NCBI GenBank assembly: GCA_001179505.1
Contig: CDMY01000464.1
Location: forward strand, 1-64,000
Direction: 5' to 3'
Length of the DNA: 64,000 nt
Origin: Vitrella brassicaformis CCMP3155
Lineage: Eukaryota; Protista; Chromerida
Position numbers and translations under genes: made by a program
The notes under the pieces: model-generated
Seen by the model: the letters and a program-made list of their open reading frames with translations, nothing else
What the model was told of the DNA's origin: nothing
Database searches by the model: none
Shown here: positions 1 to 11,971 of the stretch, one piece after another
How positions within the stretch are numbered: position 1 is the first letter of the stretch
Layout: each line of letters starts with the position of its first letter

Positions 1-32
1 GTGCCCACCTTGGACGCCTTGTCACTCGTCAG

Positions 33-2270
33 GTGCCACCTTCTCGCCCGGCATCCACTACATCGGCGAGCGGACTGTTACCGATGACGACACCTGGCTG
101 ACCGCCAAAATGATTGCCATTGCCGGCGACCCCGAGTACCCCATCTCGTGGCACAAGATGGGCTACGAGAACGAAGACACGCATGAGAGAGACGGCACCG
201 GCAAGGGCGCATACGATGTCATCAAGATTGCTGACCAACCGCTGGTCAGGTGAGAGAGAGGGCGGGAGGGGACCGGAGAGAGGCTAATGAGATGAACACA
301 CACAGGGAGGCTCATTGCTGCCGTCTGTGTATGTGGGCGGTAGGTTGCGTGCTGGCACTGATGAGTACGAGAAGGAGTTGTGTCGCCATTTCCCTGGCAA
401 GGAGCGGGCCGTGTCGGAGTGGATCAAGACGGTTAAGGAGGCTGCGGCAGAGACAATGGTGTTCTTAGTCTCCCGCGCATGGACACCAACGGTGCAGCGG
501 ATCTGGCGCGCTCTGCTGGGCCGCAACGGCTTCAAGTGGGCCGGCAAGACAACACACGAGGTGAGCACACATCCATCCATCCATCCACGCCCGCATTGTG
601 TGTCTTGTGTAAAGGTCATCGCCAGTCTTGGTTTCTCTGCGCGCGAAGAGCAGATCCTCTGCGGCCAACACGGCACCACGGGCGAGGCGCCTCGCGACTT
701 GTGCTTCCTCCTCCACGCGTGGGTCGTACACCATTTCATCAATGGAGGCTACTTCCCTGTCGGCGGCCCGATGTCGATCGTCAAGACACTCTCGTCGACC
801 ATCCACAAGGCAGGCGGTCGGGTGTTCGTGAGGGCGCATGTCGAGAGGATCCCCGTGGAGAACGGTGACTTGAGCAGGGATGAGATGAGATGCGTGCCAC
901 GAGGCAGCCGTGCTGAGGAATTGGTGGTGCCGTGTGTGTATGCAGGCGAGGCTGTTGGTGTTGTTCTCGCCAACGGTGACACAATCAAGAGCCGCATGGG
1001 CGTGATATCAGCTGCAGGGCTGTCAGCGACACTGGTGATGCTGCCATACGCCACATACACGGCATCCCTGCTCATGGTCTCCTTTTTCGCTTGCTTCGCA
1101 GCATCACCTGCTGTCGCCTGCTGACGTGGAGCGCTATATGGCGGCTGAGATGAAGTTCCTCCGCCAGGTCGGCGGGGGGGTGTCGTGTGTGTGTGGGTTT
1201 GTTGGCATTAATGGCACCGCCGAGGAGCTCAAACTGCCCTCCAGCAACTTGTGGGGGTTCCCTGAGGAGGCAACTGAGGTCAGCTAGGCGCAGAAGACGC
1301 TAACGTGTTCTCATGGTGTGTCGTGTCTGTTAATATCAATCAGGGTCATGACATGGACGAGATCATCATGAAGTACCGCAACAACCTGCTAGACTTCTCA
1401 GTCGAAGACGGCTTTTGCTTCATTTGTGCGCGCGATGCACCTAATCCCATGTGCTTCAATTGACGCAAATGGCCTCTCTCTTGTTTGGTTGGCTGGCTTG
1501 TGCAGCCTTCCTGTCTGCGCGTGACCCTGCCTACACGCATCTGCACCCCGACACCACTTCCTGCTTCATCGCGGCGGAGGCAGCACCAGAGGCATACGAG
1601 CAGCTCAATGAAGGTGGGTCACTGTCAGGGGATGGATCGGCAGGGACTGCGATCTGATTGGCCGTCTCTGCCTCCTGTGTGTGGTTTGACAGCGCTGGGA
1701 GGGGCTCACACGGAGAGGCGCACCAAGGCCTACAAAAATACCAAGAAGCAGCTGGAGACCAAACTCAAAAACCTGCTGCTCAAACACTTCCCGCAGCTGG
1801 AAGGTCGGCCATAGATATACCTGAGGGTCCCTGCAGGTGTCTAAGGTGCGCCTGTGTATCTTGTGTGCTTGCAGGTCGAATCACGAGTTTCGACGTCTCC
1901 ACTCCATTGTCGATGTACCACTACCTCAAGAGATTCGCAAGCTACGGCCTCCGCCAGACTCCCGAGCGCTTCACCCACACCCTGCCTCGCGTCGGCACGG
2001 CCATCCGCAAATTCTACCTGACAGGCGAAGACCTGGTATCGGGCGGATTCATAGGTGAGCAGATCCCCCATAAATGCAGCCGGCATGACCAATGGGCGTG
2101 TGTGCGTTTCAGCCGCTGTGGCGTCTGCGATGGTGACGGCGACTCACGTGCTGGGCTACACGCCGCTGGACATTCTGACCGGCCATCATCTGCTGAATGA
2201 CCTCCCCAATGTGCCCCAGCCACCCACACTCGAACAGCTGACTCAGGCAGCCAAGACAGAGGCGATGTGA
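33..2270 (+). CDS. FAD-dependent oxidoreductase of the all-trans-retinol 13,14-reductase (RetSat)/phytoene desaturase family; multi-exon, 5' end outside the window
   Basis: Spliced translation gives FSPGIHYIG, GGYFPVGGPMSIVKTL, AVGVVLANGD and STPLSMYHYL..SYGL..TPERF...FYLTGEDL, all typical of this family. GT-AG introns; stop TGA at 2268-2270. Confidence 0.8.
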
Positions 2271-2717
2271 ACTATGAGGAAAAGATAAGTGGCCCGTCTT
2301 TTTTGTCCAGCTGTCGTGTGTCTTTTTGAGCTGACCTGTCGACATGTGCATGTGTGATGGTCGCTGTCGTCGTTCCTGTGCTGTGTGTTCGATGTCGTTT
2401 GTGTCACTCAGTTTTATGTCGGTAGCTGCCTGCCTGCCGTGAGGATAGTCCTCACCTGACGTCTTTTTCGACCGGCATTCTTCTGGCTGTGTGTGTTTAT
2501 CCAGCAGTCTAGGTACTGGGGTGCGAACATTTTTGGCTCCGCTGCATCCAACGGGACGGGAATGTAGTGTAGGCAGCTGTCTGTATGTTGTGTCGCGCCT
2601 CGTCCATGCAACTGTGTGTCGTGAGCGATATTGGGTGTTGGGTGCAGACTGACTGCCTCACTGCTGTCCACTCTCACCTACGTGAGTTTGTTTTCACTCT
2701 TCACGACCTGTCTTTCA

Positions 2718-2964
2718 TTAGCAACTCACTTTTCCCCCGCCACCAGTGAGGCAGTGACCCAGCTTCTTGATCATGAGACCATGATTCATTGATGGGCCCG
2801 TGGCATGGATTGTCGTCGTCCTTTCCGCGTCCCCTGTTTGTTAGCAACTCACTTTTCCCCCGCCACCAGTGAGGCAGTGACCCAGCTACTTGATCATGAG
2901 ACCATGATTCATTGATGGGCCCGTGGCATGGATTGTCGGTCGTCCTTTCCGCGTCCCCTGTTTG
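2718..2964. repeat. Near-perfect tandem duplication, 123 bp + 124 bp
   Basis: The unit ttagcaactcac...cccctgtttg occurs at 2718-2840 and 2841-2964. The copies differ by one substitution (cttct/ctact) and one inserted base. Confidence 0.95.
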
Positions 2965-3354
2965 TTCACTCTTCAAGTGCCTGCCAGCGGTCTGTGCCAG
3001 CTGGTGGGAGGGGTATCCACACCTCATCGTTTCTCATCGACTCAAAGACGCATCGTGGACGCTGTGCATTTCTTTTCATTTGTCTTCACGCCTCACGAGC
3101 AATAGTCTGTGTCCACGTTCGAAATGAAAGTACATTCGAGCATCTATTGCCGACACTTTTGGCGATCCCGCGGCTCGGCAGCACCACGGGAGGCATGGAG
3201 GGCTGCCCCGACGACCGCCCTTTCCCGCACGAGCCGACAAGGCAGGAGCCGCTCGCGAGGCCAGGAGCCGATCAGAAGGCCTGAAGAGGCCGGATTCTGT
3301 TTTGATCAGACGACCAGCAGAGAACGAAGGAGCAAAACACGAATCGTCCCTCTG

Positions 3355-6300
3355 ATGGTCATCAGAGAGCCCAGGCGGCGGCATCGGCAGAGCGCACCAC
3401 AACACGGCTGGCTCCTGATCCTTGCAGCCCTCCCAGCCTTGATAGGTGAGCCAGCCACACGAAGCTGAGGCCCGAGCCATACCAGAGCATCTGTCCTTCT
3501 GTGCAGTGGTTGTATCCGCCCAGTCTTGGCGAGCTCCGGTTGGCGACCCCGAGCCCCTGTCAGAGGATACACTGGACCGCAGTGATGACGAGTTCCTCGC
3601 TCCCAACGCCACTAAGCAGTCACTGCTGCGAGATGTCAGCCCATGGAGGCAGAATGGTACGCCGCACACGCCCTCTCCTTGTTCTGGGCGCACCATATGG
3701 GGATGGTCTCTGTGTGCAGGTCCCTGGTCAGACGCAGAAGACGCCTCCACAACCGATGCTGAGGACACCGAAGAGGTCACGCCCCACGTGTCGTGCGAGG
3801 AGCTGGGCGGCCTCCTCGACCCCGTCACCAACACGTGCTGCCCCGAGTCATGCGGCCAGTGCGGCGGGCCCTTCTGTCACCTCCTCCCGTCAGGCCCATT
3901 CCACTGCTGTCCCCTACAGGTCGAGACACTCGGGCTCAAATGCGACGAGACCAACGAGCCGCCGTGTATCCTCGCGCCGCCCCGTGAGAAGGGTGCGCTG
4001 ATCGGTTCTGAGAGCTACCAGGAGTCGGTGTGTGCGTATGTGGGTGGGGTGTGGGAGGGGGAGGGGAGCGACGTGTGCTGTGGCAAGGGGTGCGGTTTGT
4101 GTGGCGGGTTTGGGTGCGACGGGCGGCCGGGAGGAAAGGACGAGTGCTGCGGCAGGGCGGTACTGGAGAAGAATGAGGGCTGTCTGGACAAAGGGGAAGC
4201 GCCGTGTGTCACAGGTATAAACGCACAATGGTCCACCTTGGGATGCTATGTCGATCTCTCGTACGTCTATTTGTTCGAACGTGTTCAGAGCCGTTCATCC
4301 CTCCCCCTCCATCCGAGGGCGTCTACATCAATGCAGGCGGCCCCTCCGTCGCCCACGACGGCATCGTCTACCAGCAGGACACCTATGCCGACGGCGGCAC
4401 GCAGGTCACTTTGGAGACCCTCTCGAGCAACCCCCTCCTCCTCACCACCCACACCTTCGACACATCCGATCTGTCCACCAGCAGCGGCTACACCATCCCC
4501 GCGGCCGCACTCTTCCCCTCGGAGCACCACAAGGGCGATGTCTGCCTGCAAATCGTCTTATCCGAGCTCACATTTAGCACCAAAGGGTCTCGTCTCTTCG
4601 ACATTTTGGTCAATGGGAAGGTCTGGGCGCGGCGAGTGGATGTGTATGAGCTGGGAGGGGGGCGGCAGAAGCCGATTGTGTTGCAGAGGTGCGTCGCGGT
4701 CGGCAAGGAGGGGCTGCGCGTGGGGTTTGCGGCCGTGCGGGAGGAGGCGAGCGTGGTGGGGCTGCGGGCGTTCGCAGTGAAGAACCCCACAACACAAGGG
4801 GAGATCTTCTGCCCCACACTGCTGACCAAGCTACCCCCACCAAGTGAGCAGATCAGCCAAACAAAGACGCATATGCCTGCGCACAATTTGCGTCTCTCAG
4901 GTTGCTATGAAGCCAACACCAGGCTGCTGGGGCCGTCTGTATCCAACACGACCCTGAAGGCGCGCACTGTGCGTGAGTGCCAGAAGCACTGTGGTGAGAC
5001 GGCAGAGTGCATCGCCTTTACCTATGAGGAAGCCAGCCTCACGTGTGTCCTCAAGACCGACCTTGAAAGCCGCGAGACCGCCGCACACATCCTCTCTGGG
5101 CCCAAGTCGTGCGAGAAAGGTAGGATGGCCACCAGCCACAACGGAGACAGAGGCAATGTGCCGGTGTCGATCAGAATGTTTTGAGGAGGGTGTGGATTAC
5201 TACGGGAATGATCTGGAGGCCTATCAGGATGTGGTGGGGCCTGTGGAGTGTCAGTACCAGTGTCAGGACCACCCCGAGTGCCGATTCTTCACATATCAAC
5301 CACACAACAACTGGTGACCTACACTACACAACAGACACTCCCCCGCTACCCTGTTCACTCTCCGTGTCCATCCATTCAGGTGCTTCCTGAAACGTGGCGG
5401 CTCCGGCCGCACCCGTGAGACCGATTCCATTTCGTCCAAGTCCATTTCCGGCCCGAAATACTGCCTGGAGTCGCCCCAAGACTTCTGCCACCGCATAGGC
5501 GGCACCTACGCCGGCCCACACAGCCCAGTCGCATCACCACACCAATGGGACATCAAGACCCACGCGGACATGCCAAGACGAGACGGTGGCATCGAGGGGC
5601 GCCTCAAGGCCGGGCGGCACGTGAGCGGCGCGTGCTGCCCGGCCGACTGCGGCGAGTGTGGGGGAGAGACGTGTGCAAAGGGGAGGAGTGAGTGCTGCGC
5701 AGCTGCCGGGCGAATGGCGGAGGACTGCGCCGTCAAGGGCAAGCCCCCGTGCTATGCCGGTGTGGCGCGGGGGCCCTCTCCTCCGTCCCAGTGCGCCTCA
5801 CCCTACGCCCTTACACACACGTGGCAGGGCGACTCAATGCTGTCGGCTTTCCACTTTGCGTCCTCATCAACACCAGCGACAGCGACAGCGACAGCAACAT
5901 CATCTGAAGGGCCGGCGAGGTTTGTTGGCCGACAGGAGGCGGTGGACGGCGGGATGGTGGAGGTGACCAAGGATGGAGACGTCATTGTGCGGGTGGACAC
6001 GGCAGAGGGAGAGGGAGAGGTCGGCAAAGATGAGGGGCGGAAGACCGTCAGCCTGAGGTCGCTGGACGCATTTGATGCGGTCGGTGAGGGGGCGCCAAGA
6101 AAGGCATGGTTCTTGTCTCATGTGCTGAGGAGGGTTGATTTTGATTGGATGGATGTGTGCAGGGGCTGTTTGTCTTCCATATTGCGCACGTGCCTTTCGG
6201 CTGTGGCGTATGGCCGTCGCTTTCCCTCCAGGGGCCTCACATGGACAAGGACGCACAGATCAACCTCATCGAAGGCACGACCACCACCCACCGCCACGAT

Positions 6301-7982
6301 ACCTGCTATTGCGCAATATGTGGTGTGGTGTGGTGTGCAGGCATCCACAATGGCGCTCGGAACCACTTCAGCGTCAGTGTGGGCGCGTCGTCCCCCTGTG
6401 TGCAGGCGGGGGCGGACCAGTCGCTCACCAGTGGGCACTGGGAGGCATCCAGACTCCTGCTCGACAACATACGTATGCACGCCACGCCCAGCCACACACA
6501 CCACACCACACCCATGTGCATCAATCATCCCGTGCTTATGATATCGTCAGGTCAACCATCGCGGCACTGTTCCTCCATCGATGAGCTGCAGTACCCCAGC
6601 CAGGCGTGCACCCTCCTCCCAGAAGAGCCCTTCCTCGGCCCCTCCCAGCCCTCAGAAGGCGGCTACTTCGTCGTGGAGCTAGACTCAGACCGACACATCA
6701 AGTACTGGTTCTTCCGCTCGTCCGAGGCGCCCCAAGACCTGCTCAACGACCACCCCACACCGACACCAGACGCATGGAAGCGCCCGCACGGCCTGGTGTC
6801 CCTGCAGACGGACACGTGCCCGGGATGGGACAACTTCAGGCAGATGCAGGTGGTGCTCAGGACGGGGCTGTGTGGGGATAGGAGAGGGGGGAATGCGGCG
6901 TTCGAGTGGGCCTGTCCTGGGCTGGGGAGGTGCGAGGACCACGTGCGCAAGAACGGCACGGCGCTGCGAGACGCGTATTGGGACATTCGTTCGGCGCGGG
7001 TGTTCCAGAAGGCGCCTACAGACCCATTCGATCCCGTCTGCTCAGGTGAGAACACTTGCGACCACACAGAGAAAGAATGGGACCTGTTTCATTTCACCTA
7101 CTTTCTTTGAAATCAGTGTGTGTGGAGTATGAGCGAGATGTGGAGTACCCATCCAACGAGCTGCGGACGATCGAGTCGATTGAGCCGCCCACTCCAGAGG
7201 GGTGCTGGCAGCACTGCCAGAGGGACGCCGAGTGCGCGGGGTTCGTGTTCGATGGAGGCAAGGGCGAGGAGGGGAAGGTTTCCTGTGTGCTCAAGCACGG
7301 CCTGGAGAGCCGCAAAGTCAGCAAAGGCAAAGTCGCGGGCATCAACAAATGCACCAAACAAGCACCAAGTAAGCTCCCTTCCCTTCCAATGGATCTTCCC
7401 TCACACATGGATGGATGGATGGATGGCTGCAGAGTGTGTGGTGTTTGAGGCCGACTACGCCTACACCTCCCAGTCGGCTCTCTCCCCCTCCCCCCTGGCC
7501 GACCGGCGCGACGTGACGTCCCCCTACTCCTGCTGGCAGCTCTGCGACACACACGCCGGCTGCAGCGCATTCACATTCCATGGGCAAGACAGACGGTGTG
7601 TGCTGATGCGGGAGCCGCTCTCACGGCAATATGAACCGAACAAAGGCAAGGTCTCGGGGTTCAAGCAGTGCGAGCACGACAGAGGTAAGCTGCCAACAGA
7701 GAGACACACCCGTCCACCATAGCACATGTATGCCTCTCTCTCTCAGTGTTGGATTGTTTTGCGTTCGAGCGGCATTACGAGGTGCTGGGAGCACCTATGG
7801 CGTCCATCCTCGCCCCCTCCCCCACACAGTGTGCGGCTGCCTGTGCGGCCCGGGGCAGGTGTCGGGCTGTGAGCTACGAGTGGGACACACAGCGGTGTGA
7901 GCTCCAGGCCGAGGGCCACCACCGTGTGTATCGTGGGCAGAGGAGGGCCGTCATGGCCGCGATCAAGACATGCGACAAATAA
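3355..7982 (+). CDS. Large secreted modular protein: signal peptide, 2 Cys-rich CCxxxCGxCGG repeats, malectin, 2 PAN/apple, 1 Cys-rich repeat, catalytically degenerate GH16 (Lam16A-type), 3 PAN/apple
   Basis: Signal peptide GWLLILAALPALIVVVSAQ. Malectin VYINAGG...RLFDILVNG...ASVVGL (~4320-4775). PAN motifs such as ECQKHC..C.AFTY...C.LK. GH16 GRKTVSL...GLFVFHIAHVPFGCGVWP...QINLIEGIHN...GGYFVVE...IKYWFF...TGLCGD...AYWDIRS. Stop TAA at 7980-7982. An alternative upstream in-frame ATG lies at 3124. Confidence 0.85.
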
Positions 7983-9666
7983 GGAGGGGGAGGGAGAGAG
8001 TTTGCGCGATGTGCATATTAATTACTGGATTGGTGCCGAGGCATGTGCGTGTGGCGTGGCGTGACAGTTCTGCGCTTCGCTGTGGATGCACGTGAGTGTC
8101 TCGTTTGTCTGCACTTTTTGGCTTGGGTGGATTTTGCGCTAGTTGTGATTTCTGTCGCGCAGACAGCAATGTAGGTAGGTAGGTAGGACACCACACGCGT
8201 ACACACCCATACATACGAGTAGAAGTGAGTGGGGTTGCTGGCTGGGCGTGGCGACGTTGTACATGGCGAGTGTGTGGCACTGTGTGCACGTCTGTATGGT
8301 GCGGATGTGTGACCAAAGCAGTAATTCTTCCGATGGCACCAATCGATTGGTTGGTCATTTACATGAGCTGTCTATGATCAGCGGTTCATGCGCAAGGCAA
8401 ACGTAATCGGTGTCTCTTCCAACCACCCAACCATGGCATCCATCCACCCAACAGCCACCAACACCAAGCCCGTGCTACCTCTCCACCCATGCACATCCGT
8501 GTGCTCGTGTAATGTGATGTGATTGATGTGTTGGATCGTCCCTCACCCCACCCCTCCCAACCCCCCCTCTCTCTCTGTCTCGCTCTCTTGTCTCTGTGCA
8601 GCCCAGAACGTTGTCATGCTGGTTGGTCGTTGGGGCATACATGAGTGAGAGAGGACATAGAGAGGGAGAGAGGACGGCAAGGGGGAGGGGCAGAGAGGCG
8701 GGCGAAAGTGGTAGCTAGACAAAACTGCTGTGTGTGCTGTGGGTGTTGTGTGTGTTGGTGGGATTGGTGGCTTACAACGAGGCGTGCCGTTTTGGCTACC
8801 GAACGAGCAAACAAGCATGCGAGCGAGCGAATCCATCCATCCATCCAGCAAAAATATCAGCGATGGTGTATGGGTGGAATGGGTGGGTGGGGTGTGGCGG
8901 GATAGGAAAGCAGCAAAGGCTGATCAGCATAGCTTAGATAGATAGATGTATAGATGTACATATTTAGGTATACGTATGTCTTTACGTATGCAAGACAATA
9001 GGATAGGATAGGACGGGGCATAGGATAGGTAGGGATCAATCATGACATGCACGACCTACCTGCACGTCCACACCACCGACAAATGCAATCAATGCAGACA
9101 TCACTGCACGAAGCGGCCAGGCCATCATATCATCAGCAACCCAAATCAGTCGAATCAATCCACACGCAAGACGTTGACTGACAAGGCGGACAGCCAGGCG
9201 AAGAGAGTGGCGTTGGTTGGGTGGTGGGTGGGTCATCTCACTCACTTAACGAACAGGCGGGCACAGGAGAGCCACGTCACGTATGCAGACGGACGGATCG
9301 GTGTGTGTGTTGGTTTGCACACATCCCTCTCTCTCTCTCTCTCTCTTCGGCCCTTTGTGTCATTTCTCTGCGTATGTGTGGGCGTGTGCCGATTGTGTTG
9401 TGTTGGGGTGTGTTGGGTGTCTGCAAGAGGTGGATAGGCGTCTCTGTGTGATCTGACTGACTTGTCCTATGAGCTATGAGCTATGGCTATCACCACACGC
9501 ACGTCACGTACGCAAGCAGGCCATAAATATGAAATCACACCAGACCACAATCCACGACATCCATCCATTCATCCATCCATCCATGTGTGAATGCAACGCC
9601 ATGCAATCAATGGAGGTACGTCACCAAGCCAGTAGTATGTGTATGTGTATGTGTATGTGTGGTTAC

Positions 9667-11855
9667 TCACATGACAGGTGCGGGTCCAGCGGCGCCCTCC
9701 GCGCCCTGCTGCTGGCCCGGCAGGCCATACGGCGCCATGGGTGCCCCGGGAGACGGCACGTACGGGCCGCCCAACGGGTACATGCCCTGCACCGCGCCCA
9801 CCATCTGCGGCGGCACGGCAGGCACGCCGCCCATCGTCACGCCAGGGAGCGGGCCTGATGGCATGACCACGGGTGCGCCCCCTCCGGGCGGGATGACGGC
9901 CTGTGCTTGCGAGGGGTAGAAGAGGTGGCTGGGGCCGGTGGTGGCGAGCTCCCCGCGGACCGTGTAGCCCAGCTGCAGCTGCGGCACGTGGTGGTAGTAC
10001 ACCTGGCCGATCTCCCCCTGAGGACCCTGCACACAGTCATGACAGACACAGACATTCATGGATGGAGGGAGGGAGGGAGGGAGGGTGTGTTTGGGTGCGG
10101 TGGGTTACCACGACGGAGGGGATCTGTGCGTAGTCTATGAAATATCTGAACTCGGCGGCCTTCATCTGCTGCTCGTACTGACTGCAATCAATATTGATCA
10201 CACAACCACAACCACCACACACTTCTCTGTCTGCTGCGTGCCTGTCTGTGCTTGTGTTTGGTGTGTGGTGCGCTGCTGCGTACGTGTGAATGGGATCGGC
10301 TACGTCCACCTCCTTCTGCACCTTGACCTCATGCGGCACCGGCACCTCCCTGACAAACCAGGCCATCCCAGCAAACACACACACACACACGTGTGCAGAT
10401 TGATGGTCTCACTGTGAGTGTGCTGTGCTGTGCTGTTGTGTGTACCTTTCGACGATTTTCTCGACAGGTTTGTCTCGGTAGACGTGTTTGGGCACCTCGA
10501 TGGTCTTCTCCATCTCCTTGTACTGAGGCACCGGCACCTGACGCTCAGTGATGCTCACCTAACCAGCCCCCCACACACAGCGCACCAGAACACACAGAAC
10601 ACACAAAACACACAAAACACACATACACACGTGCATGGCTGGGTGCATCACGTAACACACCTTCCTCTCTCTCTCTCTCTCTCCTTCTCTCTCTGTGTGT
10701 GTGTGCTTGCTTACGGCGAGTTGGGGCACCTCGACCAGTTTTTCGACGGGGACCTGGCGTTCGACTCGGTAGGGCACGTCCACCTTCTTGGTCAGCACCT
10801 GCGTGTACACCTGAGGCACCTCGATGCGCTTCTCGTACGGAACCTACACACCACACAACCACACACACACACAGACACACAGAAAGGCGAATATGGGTGT
10901 GTTGTGTTGGTGTCTGTAGGGTGTGATGTGTGGGTGCGGACGATGGGTACCACACATACCATTTGCAGAGCGTAGTGTGGGACTTCGACGAGTTTGTGTT
11001 CGTAGACGGGCTTGGGGACGTGCACCTCGCGCTCCTCCACCACGGGCTTGGGCACGTACACGACGTTCTCCTGCGTCACCTCCTCCACCTGCTCTATCAA
11101 CTTCTCCTCATACTATACCACACCACCAACACACACACACACACACATTTGTGGGTGCGTGCGTGTTGTGTGTGGGTGTGTGTTGGCGGGGTGCGGCTGG
11201 CCACCTCACCTTGTACTGGGGGACTTCGATGAGTCGTTCCTCGGTCATGTACTTGGGCACGTGCTTGACGCGCTCCTGCAGCTCGATCTTGGGCACGGGC
11301 ACTACCTTCTCGTGGACAATCATGTGGCTCACGGGCTGCTCCTTGACCTGGTACGTCACCTGCGGCACCTCAACCTCCGTCACCACAGGCACCGGACGCA
11401 ACACCTCACCAACAATACGTTGCTGAACCACACAACACACAACACAACACACAGCCACAGAGAGACCACAACACACACATCAGATGACGGTCTTTCGCCC
11501 TCCCCAGTGTCTTTCCTCTCTCTGGTTCCGCCCCCCCAGCGCCCCTCTCTCCCTCCCCTCTGCCCGAACTCATGCCCACCTGCACGATGCGGTCTCCCTC
11601 CTTGTAGCTCTGCCCCAGCTGGTGTGGAGTGGGTCTGAAGACCGAGCCCTCCTTCGCGGGCAGGCCACCAGGGTACCCAGGGGCACCAGGGGCACCAGGG
11701 GCGCCGAAAGGAGGGGCAGCACCGGGCGGCATGGCTCCAGGAGGGCCGGGCATGGCGCCAGGTGGGAAACCGTAGGGCACGGCACCGGGCGGCATGGCTC
11801 CGGGGTAGGGAGGCACACCAGGGGGCACACTGGGAGGGGGAGGACCGCCGTACAT
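9667..11855 (-). CDS. Alveolin / inner membrane complex (IMC) family protein with Pro/Gly-rich termini
   Basis: Repeated EKIVEVP-like V/P/E/K motifs over several exons (EKVVPVPKIELQERVKHVPK, EHKLVEVPHY, VEKLVEVPQ, EKTIEVPK). ATG at 11855, TGA at 9667-9669. Confidence 0.85.
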
Positions 11856-11971
11856 CGTCAATTAGCTATCACAAAGGGAAAACTCGTCAAACAGGCGACG
11901 GAACCGGGTTTTGCACAGGGTTCAGCGTTCGCCTAGGGTGCTCCCTGAAACCGCTGCTGCAGGATTCATCA

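Noticed and set aside
2524-2541. catttttggctc resembling the dinoflagellate spliced leader core
   Set aside because: Only a partial match in a 3' UTR-like region, with no donor site or Sm motif context.
2701-3027. Minus-strand ORF with a duplicated peptide (DNPCHGPINESWSHDQ..WWRGKSELL)
   Set aside because: It is a by-product of the 123-bp (3n) tandem duplication, with no splice or homology support.
4225-4262. WSTLGCYVD as a WSC domain
   Set aside because: Only the first strand of the motif is present; the following exon goes straight into malectin.
7983-9666. 1.7-kb gene-free interval as a hidden gene or ncRNA
   Set aside because: Simple repeats and low-complexity sequence between convergent genes; consistent with long 3' UTRs, with no coherent exon chain.
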